NCBI RefSeq assembly: GCF_001194135.2
Contig: NC_068988.1
Location: 52,359,931-52,422,901 of the forward strand
Source: Octopus bimaculoides
Lineage: Eukaryota
Direction of reading: 5' to 3'
DNA: 62,971 bases
Positions within the stretch are counted from its first letter, which is position 1. Each line of letters opens with the position of its first letter. The notes under the pieces were generated by a model. That model was not told where the DNA came from. It saw only the letters and a list, made by a program, of their open reading frames with translations, and searched no databases. Positions 23,801 to 38,800 of the stretch are shown piece by piece. A program made the position numbers and the translations under genes.

Positions 23801-26800
23801 AAAAAGCAATTGAAAGATCTCAGTATTATTGGCTGTGAAACAGAAGATGGCGTGTTCCGTAGGCTTCTGAATTGTCTACTCAAGAGTTACAGGTATTTCA
23901 TTCAATTGATACTGACTTTGACAAGTGATGTTTTCTATCTACTTAACCTGCATCCATTCTTCTTACTGGTGTTAGTCTCCAATATGTTTCATTTATATCA
24001 TTTTTGATGTATGGATGTACACAAATATGGGGCTCTTTGTAATTATAATTCACAAAACTGGGAGTCTAGGAATAAAAAAATGAAAAGGCAAACATCAGCA
24101 GTCTTGTGATTTTCAACTCAAAAGGAACAGACAGTAATAGTATAACTATCACCACTTTAATGTCATTTAGAAGATAAAGCTAATAGGGTCTTGAAACATT
24201 GTGTGTTGGGAATTTATTTAAATGAAAGAGTATCACAACACCTTAATTAGTGACTTAAAAGTGGATCATAATTATATAACACTTATTCACACCCACTCTC
24301 ACTCACACACTCACTCACACACTGGAATGTTTAATTTGAAATAATTAGCATTTCACGTATGAACTGCAATTGATTTCTGTGAATTTTAAAAAATACTTAT
24401 CACATTTTATCCATTATATACAAGTAAAATATAAATTTGTGGAACCCTTGGTTTCAAAACCATTTCTAGATTACTGATTTTTCCAAATCTTGGGTTGTCG
24501 CACTCTAGACATATTAAATTTATTTAAACGATTAAATGAAATACAGATACTTGTACATTAGTATAAATGATACAAATGTATTGAAACCATTGGTATCCAG
24601 CTGTAGAAACCATGCTCTGGTCAAACTGTCCAACCCATGCCAGCATGGACAACAGATATTAAATGATGTTGATGTGCTGTGCAAGGTACCAGTAAACTAG
24701 TCTCATGGCCACTGAAATTTGAAATTCCTGCTTGTAGATTAGTGTGGATTATAAGAGGTTCCAGACCATCTGTCTCCAGAAAGTTGGTGTTGTACTTGTA
24801 TCCATAATAATGTTTTCCTTATTAAAAAGATCAAAAATCAACTTGTTTTGAAATGAAGGCATGAACAACAAATGACCACATGCCTCATCTCTTTAATTCT
24901 AAAGTTTCATAATCAGTCATATCCTTGAGAAGTGCGAGAGCTAGAATGAAGTATTAGATCTTCGTTTATTGGGTCATCAAGGGTTTGAATCCAGTTTCAT
25001 AGGTTACTCTATGCCTTTGAACAAGACACTTTATTAAATGACTCCTGTTGAATTTAAGTGCTACTGATATATTTCGAATCTGATAATGTTTCTTATTCTA
25101 AGATGTACAAAATTCCGAATTGTTTTCAAAAGATGTGTGTTCTTTGTTTCCATTTAATTAAGCAAATTACCTTAATCAATTTATATTACTTAATACCTTC
25201 AGAGATGACGGTAAGAAAGAAGGGTTGAATTTACTCAATATTCAAAGTTTAGCTGATCCAAGCATCACCTGTTCTGCTATTTTACCTCAAGCTGGTGAGT
25301 AATGTTTTAGATTATAAATACCTTAATTATTTCTATAGTTTAATTTCTAATATATTGTCTTGCTTGATTGGTGTTAACTCTGTGGCACATATTTTAAAAA
25401 TTATATTTTTTTTTTAAATGCTGATTATGGGACGAAACTTACTGTCTTGGCAATGCATTTCTCTCCCTTGAAATTTATTGCTTGTGAGTTTTTTTTTCTC
25501 TTTTTGTCTGAACCGATGAAATTGTTTGAAGCTATCTTTCTTTATCTACTCTGGTCATTATGTGTCACTGATCATCAAGAGATGTATGGTTACATAGTGT
25601 ATAGTCTAAATTGGATTTTATTTCAAGAGATACAAAAAGACAGTTGTTGTTGGTTAGCGTAAAGCCATTCCCAAACGAGTAGACCTACGATCAACTGCAT
25701 TCTAGCTGTGATAATCCCATCTTTTAGTTTGGCAGTATAAATAGACTAAATTGTGGTATCCAATGCATCCTTGCTTTTTTTTCTTAAAATCTCATTTGTG
25801 GGAAAGATTTAGTTATGTTGAACAGATTAAACAACTACATAAACTCTCTTAAGGACTCACCATAAGCAAATTTTTAATAACAGGTGCACATTGAAGCTGT
25901 AAGCTCATTTATTTAGTAGCACATTTTTGTAAAAGCTTCCAACAAATATTCAAGTGGCAGTATTTTTTGAACACCCAAGTCTAGGTTTGAGCCCAACAGA
26001 TCTAAATAATGATTATAGTCTCACACTTTCTGTGATAGCAATCATAAGTGGGTATATTGGGAAGGGAGATCAACAGATAAACTTATTATCAATGGTCAGA
26101 GGTGGAAACTAATTTTTATGTTTCGTGGTCCTAAGTTTTCCTAAACTATTTAATTTGTTGAAAAATCTGTTTACCACCTAAATGCCCATATATACTATTA
26201 TATATGCGTTATTTTATGAAGTACTATATATATCAAAATATTTGTCAGTCCTGTACAAGCTGGTCACTGACATAATTCCATTACAACTATTGGGTATTAC
26301 TTGCTAAAAAAGTACAATTCTCAAATGACTTGATTTTTTTTCGTATTTTATCCAAATGCAAGGAAAAAAAGTACAGATTTATCTCCCTTCATCCCTGATG
26401 CGTTTTGATAAGCTTTGCACTTGTCGGTGTTGAGATAAATTTTCCTTTTCAAACGACCCTAAGTCTTTTCAGGTTTTATAACTATGTACTAAATCATTAC
26501 CAATATTACTGCTATTTTTTATTACCATTGTTTTTGCTGGTATTATCGATATTATTACTGCTGTTATTACAGTTGGACATCAGTAATGAAAATTTTTTAA
26601 AATACATGAGAAAATGCAAGACCTTCAAACTACAAGATGTCACATTAAACATTTAATAAACCAGAGTATGGAGAAAGACATCTGAGACGACCGATGTCAC
26701 TTTTTATTTCAAGTCTAAATCTTTATTCTTGTGGGTCTACAAAATTAGAAATACTAGTATTATACTAGGAGCAATTCAGTCCACAATATACTTTTCTGTG

Positions 26801-29800
26801 TCTTGTGCTTAATTATAAGAATCTGGAGTGGCAGAAGCAGTAGAATAGTTAGTTGTCTCCCTTCATTTTCCTATTTCAAAACCTTCTAAGAATAGTCATT
26901 GTCTTTTATTCTTAGTGGGCAGATAAGTAACTAGTAATGGTCTATATAGTCAACTAAACCTGTAAATTTGCTGTCATATACCTATGTTAGGAACGATTAT
27001 TATTTAATTCTTTTTATCTCAGATGTTGTTGTAACTCCTAAAGTTTTGCATACATAGTAGGCTTGTTTCCTGCGGCTTCAACTATAATACTTTCCTGATT
27101 ATTCTGGCTGTGCCAAGGAGGCAAACCTTTTCTAACAGTTCTACTGGACACTCTATTCTGATTTCCTTTATATTTTTCTTGACGCCTTCTGATACTATCT
27201 CCAAGGAACCAACAATAATCGGCACTATCTTCACCTTCATTTTCTACAGTTGGAATATTTTGTACTTAGAGTATTTGTATATATCTAAGAGGATTGTTTA
27301 CATATGTTAAAGGAAACCTGAGATAGTGGCAGCCTTCTGCAGCAGTGATCTGGAAACCTGAACAATGGTTACAACGTTTTTGTCACAGACTTTTGTTAGG
27401 ATTTACTGTATTTGGGACATTGATTGACTAAATTGAGAAATACTCCACAAAATGTAGTATGAATTTTTCTCAATTTATTGTTTGAGACTTGTACCACAAG
27501 TCTCTCTACTTTAAGGATAGGGAACTTAGCCAATCACAAGCTGAAATAGATGTAATTCTGCCTATACACTTGGGCTCCAGATATTGGGATACAAGTTTAT
27601 GGATCAAGATACATTCTTGTATTAGAGGCAGACAAATACAAGGGTGAAGAGCAAGCATATTCCTAAAAATAAATCTGTTGTCTTGTGCCTATGTTAAAAA
27701 TCATTATTATTAGTTCTTTCATTATTTTATGCTTCATCTTCTCTGTTATTTTTCTTGCAGAACCTCTGTATGGTGTGAAGACCTTGATTCTCCGTGATAA
27801 TACTTTTGATGTGTTTGGTGTGACAGGCTTGCTAAGGATTATTACATATGACAATGCACTTGTTAAACTAAACCTCAAATGTTGCTTCCTTCATGCCTGG
27901 ATGGGTCAGTTGCTGGCTGCTATAGCATGTAAGTAGTTTGTCTTTGAATAGTATTCTTAAATTTTACTAATTCAACTATAAAAACTTTGAGTTAAAAAAA
28001 AAAAGAAAACAAAAATGAATTCCTATATTATCCTGAGTTAGATGGTTCTGCAAATGTTGGCATTATCATCAATTTATGTCTGCTTTTCATGCTGGAGTGG
28101 GTTGGACAAGTCATCACACTTTCACTCAATTCTTATTTAATGTTACATTCTGATCGTAGGATGGTTTTTATGGCTGGATGCCCTTCCAAACACCAGTCAG
28201 TTTTTACTTGGTATGTTTTATTATGGCACCAACACTAGTGAGGTTACCATGTATCTTGTAAGATTACATATTGTCTCTATTTAATGCAGTGCAACCAGAA
28301 AAGAGGGTGCTGACAAGATAAATTAGCGTGTGTTGGTAAAAGAAGCAAGAATATAGCAGAAGAAAAATTATTAGTTGTGAGGGTGATAGAGGAAAGAGCA
28401 ATGGAATATGGTGTTGGCAGAAGATAATGAGAGACAGGTGGTGATGCCAGGTATATGTTTGTTTGTGAGCAGATAGTGGGTGATGAATGTCAATAACAAG
28501 TGACCTGGAGGAGAGGGAGTGAAGGTGAAGTGTGTCAGATCCCAACATATGATTCAATCCCTTGTTACATATGGGAGAGAGAAAGTTTTCTTTTTCTTCT
28601 TGCATTGATAACCACTCAACAAAGAATCTGTTGATAGTATCTGTTTATGATATTACTGAATAGATTAAGATATGAAGAGTAATATGCATAAAAAGAACAG
28701 TGACCCTGGTTTTGTGCACTCTGACCAGTTTCTTAATCTTAAACCCAACATTTTCACTTTTACTTTGGGTTATATCGGTTAGAAATTAGATAAGCCTGTT
28801 AAAACCACAATTTTGAAGTAAATAAGTTCATTTAGTACTTAGAAACCTGTGCTTTGTCAACATTATTGAATATTTGAACATATTGCATATTAATTTTCCC
28901 TTTGTTTATTATCTGTCTGACATTTAAATGTATCTGTCCTAATTCTCAGCTGGGGCAGTTAGTACAGCATACATACATTTTGTTTTGTTCCTTCCAAACT
29001 ACGTATACTAGAAAGAAAAAAATGGATATGAGGTACCAAGCATAAAAAATTACTTATCTTTGCTAATACTGTTTATTTTATGGATCCTCAAGAGATAACA
29101 AAGAGAGATTCTAACCAGGATACCAAAAAACACCAAGCTAGATAACGTAATGCATTTGCATAGTTTGGTTTTCTCTTAACTGACAATGTCATACATTTTA
29201 TTAAAAACCACTGAATAAATCAAACATCAAATCGAGTACCAAAAGCATAGAAATATTTATGATTGTTGTGGTCATGCTGGAGTATCGCTGAGCACACCTC
29301 TTTTGAAAGAATCCCAGACATTCATGATCAATCATTACAGCCATGGATAATTTTATTTTTGTTAGGTGTATATATATATATATATATATATATAGTATTA
29401 TGGTGATGCTCCAGCATGACTGCAGCCACTTGGCTGAAATGCATACATATGTATATATATATAAAGGATGACTTCATCCAATATGTCATTTTTGTTAAAG
29501 ACCTAGTACATTTATCTTCATTTATCACAGGTGTTGAGTTTTTTAAAAAAGGCCCAAAAAACACTTCAGTGATTCATCATCATATAATGTTCCTATTTCC
29601 ATGCTGGCATGGGTTGGACAATGATAAATGAATAATAGTGTGACTGTATGGTAAGAAGCTTGCTTCCCAATTGCATGGTTCTGGGTTCAGTTTCACCATA
29701 TGCAACTTTTGGGCAAGTATCTGCTACTGTATCCTTGAGCCAACCAAAGCTTTGTGTGTGGATTTTGGTAGACAGAAACTGATGGAAGCCTGTTGCATAT

Positions 29801-32800
29801 ATATGTATGTATTTGTGTGTGTCTGTTTTGTATCTGTTTTTCAACCCATCATTGCTTGACAACCGATGTTGGTGTGTTTATATCCCCATAATTTAGCAGT
29901 TCAGTAAAGAAGACCGATAGAATAAGTACTAGGCTTACAAAGAATAAGTCTTGGGGTTAATTTCTTCAACTAAAAAACCCTTTAAGGTGGTGTGCTAGTG
30001 TGGCTGCAGTCAAATGACTGAAACAAGTAAATATAAAAAGAAGAAAAGAATAGAACTTGTAGATAAAATAGGTTTTGTTCCAGGACCTAAGTTGTCCCCT
30101 TAACTTACCCAAATATCAGCTCCAGCTTATAAACACACATCATAGTATTATTCCATTCCATGTTTGGAAAATTTAATAACACATGATCAGTAAATAAAAA
30201 CAAACAGAGAAGTATAACAAGCAGAATCTTTGATTGCTGACTTGTATTATCCTGGATCAGTGATGAGTGAATCAATAAATCAGTGATAAATGAAAACAGA
30301 GGTAATGTAACTTGAAGGAGTTTGGGTGTTGCTTGCTGTAGGTCAAGCAAGTGAGGTGTTCTCTTCTTATCATCATTGTCGTTGTTTAACGTCTGCTTTC
30401 CATGCTAGCATGGGTTGGACGATTTGACTGAGGACTGGTGAAACCAGATGGTTACACCAGGCTCCAATCTGATTTGACAGAGTTTCTACAGCTGGATGCC
30501 CTTCCTAATGCCAACCACTCCGAGAGTGTAGTGGGTGCAGCAAATGATAATCAATGAGTAGACTGAGGTTAGGTTGTTGGCTTAGAATTTTTAGAAGTCA
30601 TTGAGCCTTCTAAGTGAAATGCATTACTCTGGTAACCTTTTAAGTATACAGAGAGCTATATGGACCCATCCACCATAGCAGAATTGATACTAGTGCTCGG
30701 TTCACATAAAAAAAACACTGATGCTAGGACCATGTTAAAAGCACATAGTACTTTCTGTTGGCGTGGTTGATGTTAGGAAGGGTGTCCAGTGGTGGAAACC
30801 ATGCCAGAACAGACAGTGGAACCTGGTGCATCCCCTGGTATTACCAGTTCTGGTCAAATTCTCCAGCCCATGTCAGCATGGAAAACACGTGTTAAATGAG
30901 GATGGTGATGATGAGAGAGGTGCCAGTGTAAAGAAGGGGAAGGCAGCCTATGTAATGATAGGTCATATGCAGATATCTTTTGCTTTGGGGAAGGAAAAAA
31001 ACTGAATGGAAGCAGATTTTAATATTTTCATTCATGAAATCATTGGAGGAAAGATTTTGGGGAAAGAAGCCTGAACAGCATTTAGAATACAGAAGTTAGC
31101 ATTTCTTTTAATGCTTCTGATAGATCATTGATATTGTTTCATAAAATATATTACATAAATATGAGTATAACATGACTCTTTGGTTAAAAAGTTTTTGCCA
31201 CCATGTAGATCTGAGTTCAATCCCACCTTGTGGTACTTTGGGCAAGCATCTATGATAGCCCAAGACTACCAATATTGTGAGAGAAACTGCAGATTATGCA
31301 CTCTCTCCTTCATTTGTGTGTGTGTGCATGCACACATGCCTGTGTGGACCAGCTAGGAATTCCTGCTGTATTGAACAGAAATATCTGAAGTAGTTCTTTC
31401 ATCTGAGTTACATCCCGTTATGCCTATGGGGATGTAGCTGTTATCTAAATGGAGATGGATAAAATAAATGCTAGACAAAGTACTAGGGTTGATATAGGTG
31501 ACTGACTTCCTTAAAGGCATTAACTTAACATGATTACTGGTTCAAAGGCCGAATTTAGTTAAGGCATTTGCAGCAGTAGCGACTCCTGTTAGAAAGACAG
31601 ATAAATAAAAGGTTAATACTTTTGTGTGAATATAGGCATCCAGCTGTAGAAACTGAGCCAAAATCAGACTGGAGCCTGTTAGAATTCTCCAGCTTACCAG
31701 TTCCAGTCAAACCATCTAACCTATGCCAGCATGGAAAACGGATGCTAAATGATGATGAGAATAAATAAATAGATGCATATATATAAATTTGTAATGTAAT
31801 ATATGGATTCATAGAAAGCTCCTCTAGCAGACTCAGCTAGCAGACTACATAGTAATTCAATACATAGGAATATAATGCAGAGATAAAACACTGCAGCTCT
31901 CCCTCTCTCGCCCCCCCCCCTCTCTTTCTCACACACACACGTGTGCTCAAAGAAGTCAATATTCTCAATACATTTACTGCAACCACAAATTAACAAGCAC
32001 CACAAGCTCAGCTGCAATGAATTTATTGAAAAGACCATCTACATCACAGCCAACATAGTCTGGTTCCATTGCACATCTCTATTACATGATGATTTTGGAT
32101 TGAACAGATTTGTTTCCATATCAAATTTTTCATTTCATGATTAGTCTATGAGGAGTAGATTTGTTTCTCCAGTTTTCTGTTTCCATATTGAAATGATTCA
32201 AGTTTATTTCGTTTCAATACTTTAATTCATATTAATTTTACATTGCTTATATATTTTTTTTTTTGCAGCTAAGGGTCAAATGGAGGAATTGTATTTGGGT
32301 AGTAACCAAATTGAAGGCACCCATCCTGAGCTGGAACTGATCAATGTTATTGACAGTTGTAAAAATCTGAGGAAGTTAGACTTACGTTCTTGCAGCCTGA
32401 GGAGTCAAGTTGGTAAGGAACATTTTCTTTTATTATTTACTGATATGAAAGCGGCAAGATAGCAGAATTGTTACAATGCCAGACAAAATGCTTAGTGGCA
32501 TTTCATCTGTCTTTATGTTCTGAGTTTAAATTCTGCCACGGTTAACTTTGCCTTTCATCCTTTTGGGGGTCAATAAAATAAATAGCAGTGGAACACTAGG
32601 GTTGGTCTAATCAACCAATATTGCTGGCCTTGAGCCAAAATTTGAAAATAATATACAGGAGTGGCTGTGTGGTAAGTAGCTTGCTTACCAACCACATGGT
32701 TCCGGGTTCGTCCCACTGCGTGGCACCTTGGGCAAGTGTCTTCTACTATAGCCTTGGGCCGACCAAAGCCTTGTGAGTGGATTTGCTAGACGGAAACTGA

Positions 32801-35800
32801 AAGAAGCCCATCGTATATATATATATATATATATATGTGTGAGTGTGTTTGTGTGTCTGTGTTTGTCCCCCCCAACATCGCTTGACAACCGATGCTGGTG
32901 TGTTTACGTCCCCATAACTTAGCGGTTCGGCAAAAGAGACTGATAGAATAAGTACTAGGCTTCCAAAGAATAAGTCCTGGGGTCAATTTGCTCGACTAAA
33001 GGCGGTGCTCCAGCATGGCCACAGTCAAAAGACTGAAACAAGTAAAAGAGTAAAAAGAGTAAGATATTAAGGTGCAGTATTGAGGTATATACAAGATATT
33101 AAGGTGCATGGCTGCAGTAAAACGAATAAAATAAATAAAAGATCTCTTTAGCATTCAGATTACTCTCTCAACTGTAATGCTTATTTATTCACAGTTTTGA
33201 ATTAACCATGCATTATCTCATAGCTTTGAGATTTCAGTGATGTGAGGGTTTGTTTTTTAAAAGGAAATTGTATGATAAGTGTGAGATGCCAGATCTCACT
33301 GATCTGAGGATAAAACAGATCGAATATTTTGACCAGATATGGTCAGTTTAAATGTAAAAGGTTTAAATTAAACCTACCATAATTATAATAAGTATTTTTA
33401 ATCTAAAAAATTATGATCGTATTAATTCCTCTTAGAAATTGGGATACCTAGTCATAATTGTATTTGTAATGTTATGATTTCTATCCACCAAGTGTTCCAG
33501 TTACTCTGCTATGCTGAGGTCAAATGTGGACTTAAAACCACATACTAAACTAATGATCTTTCTAGAATTTTCTCATTCATATATATGTTATCACGAGCTT
33601 TGTAATTTCAAGAAATATTGGATTGAATTAGTCTTTTGATTAAAAGAAAAAGAAAACAAAAAAAATTTACTAATTAGACCTCTTGTTAATAATGTCTGGG
33701 GGTGCTTTAATTATTTGTTTGTCTATTTTTCCGTTTTTATTTTTTTGTTTTTGCTTAATGGCATTTTAATGGCCGTAGTAGCTCTAATAGTTTATTCAGC
33801 CATCTAATTAGAATGTTTTATTAATTAAACTTCAGTTGTTGTGAATATTTCAGCCAGAAATGTTAGCTGAAACAATCTCCAAGAATTAAATTGCTGTGTA
33901 CAGTTGGCACTAGTGTAGTATATTGGTCCACCAAAGCTAATACTTAGATTTTCAAACCCAGTCATTTAGTTGCTTGTCTTGTTTCCATCGAGTTCTCTTT
34001 GATTAACCATCTTTATTTTGGTGATAGTAGCATGACCATTATTTGTACATTGAACCATTTAGCATTCAGATTATTCTGTCACAATACTTTTTTATTCACT
34101 CTTGGCTGTGCCATGTTGTGACATGTAAAAGCACCTGTGTGGCGACATGCAAAAGTGCCTGTGTGGTGCCACATAAAAGTATCCATGTAGTGGCATGTAA
34201 AAGTGCCTGAATGATGACATGTAAAAATGCCCATGTGGTGACATGTAAAAGCGCCTGTGGTGCCACATAAGCATCCATATGGTGCCACATAAAAGTACCG
34301 ATGTGGCAACATGTAAAAGTGCCTGTATGGTTCCACATAAAAATATCCATGTGGTGACACATAAAAGGGCCTGTGTGACGACATGTAAAAATGCCACATG
34401 AAAGTACCATGTGGTGACATGTAAAAGCACTTGTGTGGCGACATGCAAAAGTGCCTGTGGTGCCACATAAAAGTATCCATGTGGTGACACAAAAGCACCT
34501 GTGTGGTAACATGTAAAAGTGCCTATGTGGTGCTACATAAAAGTGCCTGTGTAGTGCCACATAAAAGTACCCATGTGGTGACATGTAAAAGCCCCCATGC
34601 AGTGCCATGTAAAAGCACCCAGCACACTCCATAAAGTGATTGGCATTAGGCAGGGGATTTGGCCACAGGAACCATGCCAAATCAGACTGGAGTCTGGTGC
34701 AGCTCCCCCCACCCCAGCTTGCCAGCTCTGGTCACACCGTCCAACTCGTGCCAGCATGGACAACGGATGTTGAGTGATAATGATTTTGTACCAATCGGGC
34801 ATTATCTCAAAGCTTAAAAATTTTGATGATGTGATTGTTTATTTTTAGAATGGCATTGTAGGATAAGTGTGAGAGGCCAGATCTGGCCAGTTTAAATGCT
34901 AAAAGGTTAATTGTTCCAAAAAGCACAGGCATGGCTGTGTAGTTAAAAAGTTTGCTTCTCATCCATATGGTTTTGGGTTCAGTCCTTCTGTGCGGCGCTT
35001 TGGGCAAGTATCTCCTACTATAGTTGTGGGCCAACGGAAGGAAACTGAAAGAAGCCCCTCTCAAATATGTTGAGGCACCTTTGTGTAAATGGTTTACTCA
35101 ATTGATAGTCAACCTTTCTGTTTGTTATTTGATGCTTTATTTTTTCTTCCTTAAATATGTTCTCAGAACTTTGACAAATTAGATACTAATTATTTATTCA
35201 GACACTATGGCTTTTTTTCTGACTTGACAAATTGTAATCCCAAAACATTTGTTTTTCCTTTTTTAATTTTTTTTTTTTTTTTTTTTTTTTTTTGGAAAGA
35301 AGACTTCTAAAAATTTGTCCATCCACAATTTTATTAAATTAATTTCAACATGCTCTAGTAATTTTGTAGTAAGTCACTAGTATGAAGTTTGGTGGAATGA
35401 ATTTTACAAAAATAACCTTAGAAGGAATTGCCTCTTTCTTCAGGTTCATTGTTGTTGTGGATATCTGTGTCTCTGTGTCTATTAGCATATCACATGAGTG
35501 GTGTATAGGCTGCTTTGTTCTGTGTAACTTGTATGTGTGTGTGAACACACACACTCACACACACACACACACACACAGTGTTCTCTCTTTTCATGCTGTC
35601 AGGTTCAAAGAAATGTCAAATGAATATTAATTTATGAGAAAATATCTTTCAGGGTGTGTATGTTTGTTCTGTTTGCTGTTTGTTTTGTTTGCTTATTTAT
35701 TAAGGCAGCTAGCTGGCAATATCGTTAGCATGCTGGGCGAAATGCTTAGCAGTATTTCGTCTGCTGCGACATTCTGAGTTCAAATTCTGCCGAGGTCGAC

Positions 35801-38800
35801 TTTGCCTTTCATCCTTTTGAGGTTGATTAAATAAGTACCAGTTAGGCACTGGGGTTGATGTAATCGAGTTAGTCCCTTCCCCCAAATTTGATCCCTTGTG
35901 CTTCCAGTAGAAAGGATTATTATTATTATTATTATTATATAAGGCAGCGAGCTGGCAGAATCGTTAGCACACTGGGTGAAATGCTTAGCAGTATTTCATC
36001 TGCCACTACGTTCTGAGTTCAAATTTGTCGACTTTTCCTATCATCCTTTCAGGGTTGATAAAATAAGTACCAGTTGAACACTGGGGTCAATGCAATTGAC
36101 TTAACCCCTTCCCCAAAATTGCTGCCCTTGTGATAAAATTTGAAATCATTTTTACTATTATTATTCGTCTGTCCTTATGTTCTGAGTTCAAATTCCACTG
36201 AGATCGACTTTGCCTTTCATCGTTTTGGGGTCAATAAAATAAGTACCAGTTGAGCACTGTGGTCAATGTAACCGTCTGTCTCCCTCTCCCAAATTTCAGG
36301 TCTTGTGCCTGTAGTAGAAAGGATTATTAATATTATTATGCTGGTGAGCTGGCAGAATTGTGACCATTCTTGGTAAAATGCTTAGTGGTATTTCATCCAT
36401 CTCCATATTCTGAGTTCAAATTCTGCCAGTCAGCTTTGCCTTTCATTCTTTCTGGGTCTGTGGAATAAGTACTAGTTGGGCACTGGGGTTGATGTAATTG
36501 ACTTACCCCCTCTTCTGAAATTGCTGGCCTTGAGCCAAAATTTGAAATTATTATCATTATTTGTTTGTTTATTTATTGGTCTGATTAGTTTTGTGGTGTT
36601 GTGCTTGTGAAACATGTCATATGGCTCTGTGATAAGAAGTTTACTTTCAAACTATTTGGTTTCAAGTTCAGTCCCACCATATGGTACCTTCCGCATGTGT
36701 TTTTCACTCTTGCCCTGGGGCAACCAAAGCCTTGTGAATGGATTTTGGTAGACAGAAACATATGTGTGTTTGTGTGTATGCATATGTATTACTATTTACT
36801 TTGGACATCATGTGATAGTTGTAAATGAATGTCACTGTCATGTGAACAGTGTCCTTTGTGTCCATCCTTTAATGGAACCATGTTTGGTCATAGGGAAATA
36901 TCACCCTACTTGGAAACAGGTGAGGGTTGGCAGCAGGAAGGCCATCCAGCCATAGAAATCCCCCACGAATTCTGTCTGACCCATGCAAGCATTGACAAGT
37001 GGACATTAAAACAACAACGATGATGATATGTGTGTTTCTTGGAATTAAAACTAGAATTACTTGGCATGATGATTATATTAAAATTATGCCTTGATAAGGC
37101 TTGAAAGTTAATTACAATATACAAAAGTACATAATATGGATATTAGAAATAAGCAATAAAAGAATGTAACTGAATATAGAGGTTTAAGTATATCCATTTG
37201 CCCTGAGACGTTTTCTAACCACATTCCGTCATGCTGGATGTGTAGAACATTGACACTAAAAAACCTGTTTCAAAACAGGTTTGTTTTTTTTTGTTTTTTT
37301 TTATGTGTGTGTGTTTTTTAATTTTTTTTTTTTTATATTTTAGAGATTGGAATCTCTAATGTGAATATAATTGATGAGTTATAAAATGTTGCTGCTGCGA
37401 TCACATTTGCAATAGCTTGGCTACTTTGTCGACATCTAGTTGATTGCCTTCTGTCAAGGCTGTGTCGTTAAGAAGTTCACTCCAAAACCCACATAGTTTT
37501 GCATTCAGTCCAGCTGTGCAGCACCTTGGCCAAGTGTCTTTTCTGCTGTGTCCCTGGGTTAACCAGTGACTTATGAGAGAGTTTGGTATATGGAAGCTGT
37601 ACAAAGCCCATCACATGTACCTTTTATGTTTTACTTGTTTCAGTCACTGGACTACAACCATGCTGGGGCACTGCTTTGAAGGGTTTTAGTTGAACAGATC
37701 TACCCCCGCCTCCAATACTTATTCTATCTGTTCTTTTGTCTTTTGCTGAACCACTGAGTTATGAGGACGTGTAAACAAACCAACACCTGTTGTCAAGGGG
37801 GAGGATGGCAAATACATACTCAAATCTTTCCCTCTCTCCTCTCTCTTCTCCCCTTTCTCTCCCCTGTTCCACATCTCCCACCCCTCCTTCCCATCTCCCC
37901 GCTTTCCCTCTGTCCACCTCTTTTTCTTTTCTACTCTAGGCACAAGTCCTGAAATTTTTGGGGAGGGGACCAGTCGATTAGATCAGCTCCAGTATGCAAC
38001 TGGTGCTTAATTTATTGACCCTGAAAGGATGAAAGGCAAAGCTGACCTCGGCGGAATTTGAACTGAGAATGTAAAGACAGTTGAAATACCACAGACATTT
38101 CACCCAGTGTGCTAACGTTTCTTATTTCTTTATTGCCCACAAGGGGCTAAACATAGAGGGGACAAACAAGGACAGACAAACGGATTAAGTCGATTACATC
38201 GACCCCAGTGTGTAACTGATACTTAATTTATCGACCCCGAAAGGATGAAAGGCAAAGTTGACCATGGCAGAATTTGAGCTCAGAACGTAACGGCAGACGA
38301 AATAGCGCTAAGCATTTCGCCCAGCATGCTAACGTTTCTGCCAGCTCGCCGCCTCTCTATACACACACATGCAATGGGTTTCCATACCATTTTCATCTAC
38401 CAACTTCATACACAAAGCATTGGTCAGCTCAGAGTACAACACATTGGCCCAAGGTACCATGCTATGGTACTGAATTTGAAACTACATGGTTGCAAAGCAA
38501 GCTTCTTAACTACACAGCAATGCCTGAGTGGAAGAATTCAGTACCCATGACCTTTTACAGAGTCTCTACAACTGATGCAAAACAGGGAGAGGGAAGAAAG
38601 TGTCCTCAAACTAGAAATCTGGCTTAAATCCCTGCAACAGTATGGCCCCCTACTAAAGGCAACTGAGGGAGCCATGTGATAATGATAAAACTCAGTGATG
38701 GATGAAGTCTACCACCCACGTAGGCTATGGCAAGATTTGAACTTGGAATACAAAGAGCCACAGCAAATACCACAAGATATCTGCTCTGATGTTCTTGCAG

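Noticed and set aside
34079-34802. Cys/His-rich ORFs resembling metallothionein or repeat proteins
   Set aside because: Products of a 24-nt tandem array read in several overlapping frames; no splice or codon evidence.
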